64,000 bases of DNA, from positions 179,529 to 243,528 of the forward strand of contig JAVJSW010000042.1 of assembly GCA_040219255.1 (NCBI GenBank), in the 5' to 3' direction. This document shows, piece after piece, positions 59,636 through 64,000 of this stretch (the stretch's first letter is position 1; the number at the start of each line of letters is the position of its first letter). Origin of the DNA: Sumerlaeia bacterium. GTDB taxonomy: Bacteria; Sumerlaeota; Sumerlaeia; SLMS01; JAHLLQ01. The notes under the pieces were generated by a model that was given only the letters and a program-made list of their open reading frames with translations, did not search any database and was not told where the DNA came from. Both the position numbers and the translations under genes were made by a program.

Positions 59636-60873
59636 TGGGGCGGTCCTGGCGGCAAGCAGCCGTTTTCCTGCTATGGGCGAGCGTGATCTCTTGCCTGGCA
59701 TGCGACAGCGGCGAGGGGGCGGTGGGATCTTCGCGGGACAGTTCTCGAGCCGAGGGCGAAGCCGCCGCACCGCCCAACGCCGTTGAGAATCCCGCGCCAG
59801 ATAGTCCGGCCGCGAAACTCTCCGATCCAGAAATTGTCGTCGACTTGGGAATTCACATCGTCACCGGCCAGTTAATGCTCCACCGGGAAGTCGAGATCGT
59901 GAACTCGGCGAATTCTCCCATTCAATTCATCGGCTCGCAGAAGTCCTGTGGTTGCACCCATGTCGGTCTCCCGAAGGATTCCGTTCCTCCAGGCGAGAAG
60001 TTCTCGGTCCAGCTCAATTTCAGCAATCCCACAAAAAGCAAAGGCGGCTATTTCGACGGATCGATTCGCGTGCTTTACCGTACCGGTCCAGCCCCGGAAG
60101 ATGAATCGTCTTTTGTCATTGCCTATATTGGCTATGAGCTTTTCGAATCCTACAAAACCTTCCCGGAAATCATCGAGCTCGGAACGGTTCTTTCGGGTGA
60201 CAGTTCCCTCCCTACCCGATTCACGTTGATGTTGCCCCGGGTCGCTTTTTTCGATGGGGGACTGACGGTTCTCCCCGACCGCCATGTCGCCGAAATCGTC
60301 ACCCCGCCGGGAATCGTCTGTGAAGTCATTCCCCTGGGGAAGCACGCGAATCACCATGTGGATATGGAACTGCCTCAAGCGATCGTCGCGCGGGCCAAGT
60401 CCAACACGCAAATGCAGCTCGCGGAGTTGATGACAGAGAGGTCGGATATCGTCGAGCGCACCTGGCTCATCAGTCAATTCTCCGTTCATGCGGAAGATGC
60501 GCGGCAGTCTTCGGAGCAGCCGATCAAAATTCGTCTTTCCGACGGCGCAGTTATCGACGTTCCTGTGAAAGTGACCGTCCTCGGGAAAGTATCCATCAGC
60601 CCTAAAAGCGTCGCCCTCATGCATCCCGGTCCGGAGTTCAAGAGTGCGGCCGTTGTGCTCACGTCCCGATCGCCGGTTCCTCTCGTGATCGAAGAAATCA
60701 ATGTCGATCCAGCGCTGCTGAGAACAGAAGTTTCATCTCCCGATGAGCAAACCCATGAAATCACGTTTCATCCCCAACAGGAAGATGTCGATTCCATCCA
60801 GACCACAGTCGAAGTCGTCACCAATCAAGGCCGGTTTGACATTTCGTATTTGCAAATGATCATACGGGAGTGA
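59635..60873 (+). CDS. DUF1573-like (Ig-fold) lipoprotein
   Basis: TGATG overlap with the upstream gene; lipobox-like ISCLAC; IVNSANSPIQF...KSCGCT...VPPGE DUF1573 signature. Confidence 0.75.
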   Translation: MGRSWRQAAVFLLWASVISCLACDSGEGAVGSSRDSSRAEGEAAAPPNAVENPAPDSPAAKLSDPEIVVDLGIHIVTGQLMLHREVEIVNSANSPIQFIGSQKSCGCTHVGLPKDSVPPGEKFSVQLNFSNPTKSKGGYFDGSIRVLYRTGPAPEDESSFVIAYIGYELFESYKTFPEIIELGTVLSGDSSLPTRFTLMLPRVAFFDGGLTVLPDRHVAEIVTPPGIVCEVIPLGKHANHHVDMELPQAIVARAKSNTQMQLAELMTERSDIVERTWLISQFSVHAEDARQSSEQPIKIRLSDGAVIDVPVKVTVLGKVSISPKSVALMHPGPEFKSAAVVLTSRSPVPLVIEEINVDPALLRTEVSSPDEQTHEITFHPQQEDVDSIQTTVEVVTNQGRFDISYLQMIIRE

Positions 60874-61031
60874 AGAGGCCGATCGCCCCCGGCGCCACTC
60901 GACGCGTTCGAAACCGCCGGCCGCGACCTCTGGCTGAAATCTCGCAAACCGCCCCTTCCCCCTTGCCAACGCTCCTCCTGCTCCGCCATAGTTTCGCCAT
61001 CATTCCGCGTGGGTAATCGAGGAAGGAACGC

Positions 61032-61769
61032 TTGGCGATCATGAAGACAACGTTGGCCCGGGTTCAGGGGCGAAGCATGATGCCTCTGTTGAGAGAAGGG
61101 CAGAAGGTGCTGCTGCACGCCGATTTCGACGCACGCGCCTTGCGCCCGGGGGACATCCTGGCGGTGGCGTCGGGCGAGGGGCGCGTCGTACTGCACCGGC
61201 TGATCCGCCGGGCGGCGGACGGGCTTCTGCTCACCCGCGGCGACAATTGCCCCCAGGCCGATCCGCTCTGTCGGGCCGAGGACGTGATGGGCCGCGTGAT
61301 TTCCATGGAGAGCGCTAGCGGCCGTTGGCTCGCCGAGTACGCGCTCGCCGCGCGGTTGCTCGTCTGGCACCACGCTCTGCCGAGCTGCCGCCTGCGCTAT
61401 CGGTTGCGTCAATTGATCGGCCGCAATGCCTGGCGCAGCGCCGCCCGGCCCGAGGAGTTCCTCAAGCCCCACGCGCGGCTGGTCTTGTGCGGGGAAGACG
61501 AGAACATCCCGGAAGGCGGTGAAGGGAACCGCTACAGCACCCAGCCGATGGGCCACGAATGGGCCGTCTATGATTCGGAGACGGGCGACTTCCACATCCT
61601 GAACCGCACCGCGTACCGCGTGTGGAGTCTGGCCCGCGAGGGCCGCGCCCCCGAAGCCATCCAGGAAGCGCTGCTGCGGGAATTCGCCGGCGCCGACCCG
61701 GCTCAGGTCGCCAAGGACGTCAAAACGCTGATGGCGGATTTGAGTCAGAAGCAACTCCTGGCGAAGTAG
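61032..61769 (+). CDS. S24/S26 peptidase fused to C-terminal PqqD (RiPP recognition element)
   Basis: VQGRSMMPLLREG, VLHRLI, TRGDN...DP (Ser/His S26-like); C-terminal VYDSETGDFHILNRTAYRVWSL...DVKTLMADL (PqqD). Confidence 0.8.
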   Translation: MAIMKTTLARVQGRSMMPLLREGQKVLLHADFDARALRPGDILAVASGEGRVVLHRLIRRAADGLLLTRGDNCPQADPLCRAEDVMGRVISMESASGRWLAEYALAARLLVWHHALPSCRLRYRLRQLIGRNAWRSAARPEEFLKPHARLVLCGEDENIPEGGEGNRYSTQPMGHEWAVYDSETGDFHILNRTAYRVWSLAREGRAPEAIQEALLREFAGADPAQVAKDVKTLMADLSQKQLLAK

Positions 61770-61853
61770 GCCCGCCGGCCGCCCTTGCCACGGATTTTGC
61801 TCTCCCCCGCCATGCCCGCCGCCGACGATTCCCCGCGGGTCTAGCCACCTATC

Positions 61854-63746
61854 ATGCCCCGTTCCCGCGCCGCCGACTCGACCTCCGACCTCTCGGAAGA
61901 CTCCCTCGCCCACCTCCCCACCGCCAGCGGCGTGTACCTGATGAAGGACGCCAAGGAGAAGGTGATCTATGTCGGCAAGGCCAAGAACCTGCGCAACCGC
62001 GTCCGCAGCTATTTCCGCGAGTCTGGCGACGGGCGGTTCCACGTTCAGTTCCTGCGGTCGCGGGTCGAATCCATCGAGACCATCATCACCAGCAACGAGA
62101 AGGAAGCGCTGCTTCTCGAAAACACCCTGATCAAGAAACACAAGCCACGTTACAACATCCGGCTCCGCGACGACAAAACATATATTTCACTACGCCTGGA
62201 CACGCGTCATGAATGGCCCCGTATCCACATCGTGCGAAAGCCCCGCGCGGGAGATAAAGCGCTCCTCTTCGGTCCCTACAGCAGCGCATCATCCGTCAAG
62301 CAAACGATGCGGTTTCTTCAACGCCTGTTTCCCCTGCGTTCCTGCACCGACCGCGAGCTGACCCAACGTTCCCGCCCCTGTGTCCTGCATCAGATCGACC
62401 GCTGCTGTGCGCCGTGCGTCGATAAGGCGGATGCGCAATTGTATTCTGAATACGTGGACCAGATGATTCGTTTTCTCCAGGGCGACCGCGATGAAGTGAT
62501 GAAACTCTTGCACGACAAGATGATGGCCTACAGCGAGGACATGCAGTTCGAGAAAGCGGCCCTCGTACGCGATCGCATTCGCGCCATGGAACGCACCATC
62601 GAAGAAGAAAACGTCGTCAGCCATCGCCATTTCGACCGCGATGTGATTGCCATCGCCCGCGAATCCGGCAAACTGATCGCCGCCGTGCTTTGCTTTCGCG
62701 ATGGCAAGCTGGATGAATCGCGCACCTTCAAGTTCACCGATCCCGGTACCGAGGACGGCGACCTGATGGAGATGTTCCTGACCCAGTTCTACGACGGCGC
62801 CCGCCGCGTCCCGCGCGACATCTTGCTGTCGCATGAAGCGGAAAACCTGGACCTGCTGGCCGAAGCCCTGCGCCAGGAGCGCGGGGGGGCCGTGCGGCTC
62901 GTCGCGCCCCAGCGCGGCCAGAAGCGCCGCCTCGTCGAAATGGCCGTCAAGAACGCCCGCGCCAACCTCGAGCGCCTCCTCGCTGGCGAGCAAACCCTCG
63001 AGGAAACCCTCAAGAACCTCGCCACCGCCATTCACATCGAATCCCTGCCCCGCCGCATCGAATGCTTCGACATCTCCAACTTCCAGGGCAGCTACCCCGT
63101 CGGCAGCATGGTCAGTTTCCGCGATGGCGAACCGGATAAGGCGAACTACCGGCGCTTCAAGATTCGTGACGTCGAGGGCCAAAACGATTTCGCCATGATG
63201 CGCGAGGTCCTGACCCGGCGCTACGGGCGCCTGATCCGCGAAGGCGCCGCGATGCCCGACCTCGTGGTCATCGACGGCGGCATCGGCCAACTCAACATCG
63301 CCGTCGAGGTCTGGAAGGACCTCGGCCTCTGGGGCGAAATCCCAGTGGTGGGCCTGGCGAAATCGCGCCTCAAAGACCGCGATGGCGTCAAAATCCGCAC
63401 CGAAGAGCGCGTCTTCCTGCCCGGACGCAAGAACCCCGTCACCTTCACCCGCAGCGACCCCGCATTACACCTCCTTCAACGCGTCCGCGACGAAACGCAC
63501 CGGTTCGGCATCACCTTCCACCGCGAACTGCGCAGCCGCTCCGCGCTGCGTTCCGGCCTCGAAGACATTCCCGGCGTCGGCCCTAAACGCCGCGGCCAAC
63601 TGCTGCGGCATTTCGGCAGCCTAGCCAAGATCAAAGACGCCACCGCCGACGATTTGCGCGCCGCCCCGGGCATGTCGCATGCCGCCGCCGACGCCATCTG
63701 GCGACACTTCCACGGCCGCGAAGAGTTCTCGGAAAATGAAAATTAG
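61854..63746 (+). CDS. uvrC: Excinuclease ABC subunit C
   Basis: GVYLM...YVGKAKNLRNRV, RIECFDISN, YRRF, PDLVVIDGG.GQL, RDETHRF, HhH IPGVGPKR. Confidence 0.97.
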   Translation: MPRSRAADSTSDLSEDSLAHLPTASGVYLMKDAKEKVIYVGKAKNLRNRVRSYFRESGDGRFHVQFLRSRVESIETIITSNEKEALLLENTLIKKHKPRYNIRLRDDKTYISLRLDTRHEWPRIHIVRKPRAGDKALLFGPYSSASSVKQTMRFLQRLFPLRSCTDRELTQRSRPCVLHQIDRCCAPCVDKADAQLYSEYVDQMIRFLQGDRDEVMKLLHDKMMAYSEDMQFEKAALVRDRIRAMERTIEEENVVSHRHFDRDVIAIARESGKLIAAVLCFRDGKLDESRTFKFTDPGTEDGDLMEMFLTQFYDGARRVPRDILLSHEAENLDLLAEALRQERGGAVRLVAPQRGQKRRLVEMAVKNARANLERLLAGEQTLEETLKNLATAIHIESLPRRIECFDISNFQGSYPVGSMVSFRDGEPDKANYRRFKIRDVEGQNDFAMMREVLTRRYGRLIREGAAMPDLVVIDGGIGQLNIAVEVWKDLGLWGEIPVVGLAKSRLKDRDGVKIRTEERVFLPGRKNPVTFTRSDPALHLLQRVRDETHRFGITFHRELRSRSALRSGLEDIPGVGPKRRGQLLRHFGSLAKIKDATADDLRAAPGMSHAAADAIWRHFHGREEFSENEN

Positions 63747-63794
63747 CGGTTGACTGCACCCCCGCTCTTGCCCTTTTCTTTCCTCCCGCTTTGC

Positions 63795-63888
<94 letters not shown>

Positions 63889-63940
63889 GTTTTTCTTGTC
63901 CCTTGTTACAACGGAGTTTCCCGCCACCCGAGCCGGGTCG

Positions 63941-63964
63941 TGTGCCAGAATTTGTGCCGGAATT
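63941..63964. repeat. 12-bp tandem direct repeat, possible integrase arm-type sites
   Basis: TGTGCCAGAATT TGTGCCGGAATT, about 50 nt 3' of the tRNA. Confidence 0.5.
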
Positions 63965-64000
63965 CGGCTGCGCCTTCTGGATGAGCAGTTCGGCGATCGC

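Noticed and set aside
57715-61769. Calling this a classical RiPP (ranthipeptide/sactipeptide/lasso) cluster
   Set aside because: No radical SAM, lasso cyclase, YcaO, LanM or peptidase-ABC exporter is in the window, and the Cys-rich protein has a Sec-type signal peptide rather than a RiPP leader.

Overview
GC-rich bacterial chromosome segment, mostly housekeeping genes: galE, bshC, xseA, glyQS, pyrG, nadB, smc, mdh, holA-like, tlyA, icd, rnj, uvrC and tRNA-Ser(GCT). Many secreted proteins of unknown function are interspersed. A type IV pilin-like gene ending YDPTNG..GDI and a secreted protein ending VxxWxxF suggest Candidatus Sumerlaeota (BRC1) or a relative; this is inference only. Main points of interest: (1) Two separate AT-richer cassettes (26350-27914 and 57715-60873) share one layout: a small signal-peptide-bearing Cys-rich protein, ~100 nt of spacer with a hairpin, then a C-terminally anchored LolA-like protein. 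The second adds a DUF1573-like SCGC lipoprotein and sits next to an S26-peptidase/PqqD(RRE) fusion. This is my best candidate for an undescribed system. (2) A convergent four-gene MoxR/vWA-like locus (35058-41071) resembling a reduced 'FtsH ternary' conflict system. (3) A GalE fused to a T2SS-E/PilB N-terminal-like domain. (4) A pseudo-phosphatase fused to cytochrome c. (5) A LysR-cyanophycinase-YfcC operon. (6) Orphan immunity-like genes. (7) A near-consensus parS site. (8) A probable integrative-element junction at the tRNA-Ser. No CRISPR array, rRNA or transposase was seen. All family calls are by motif recognition, not database search.
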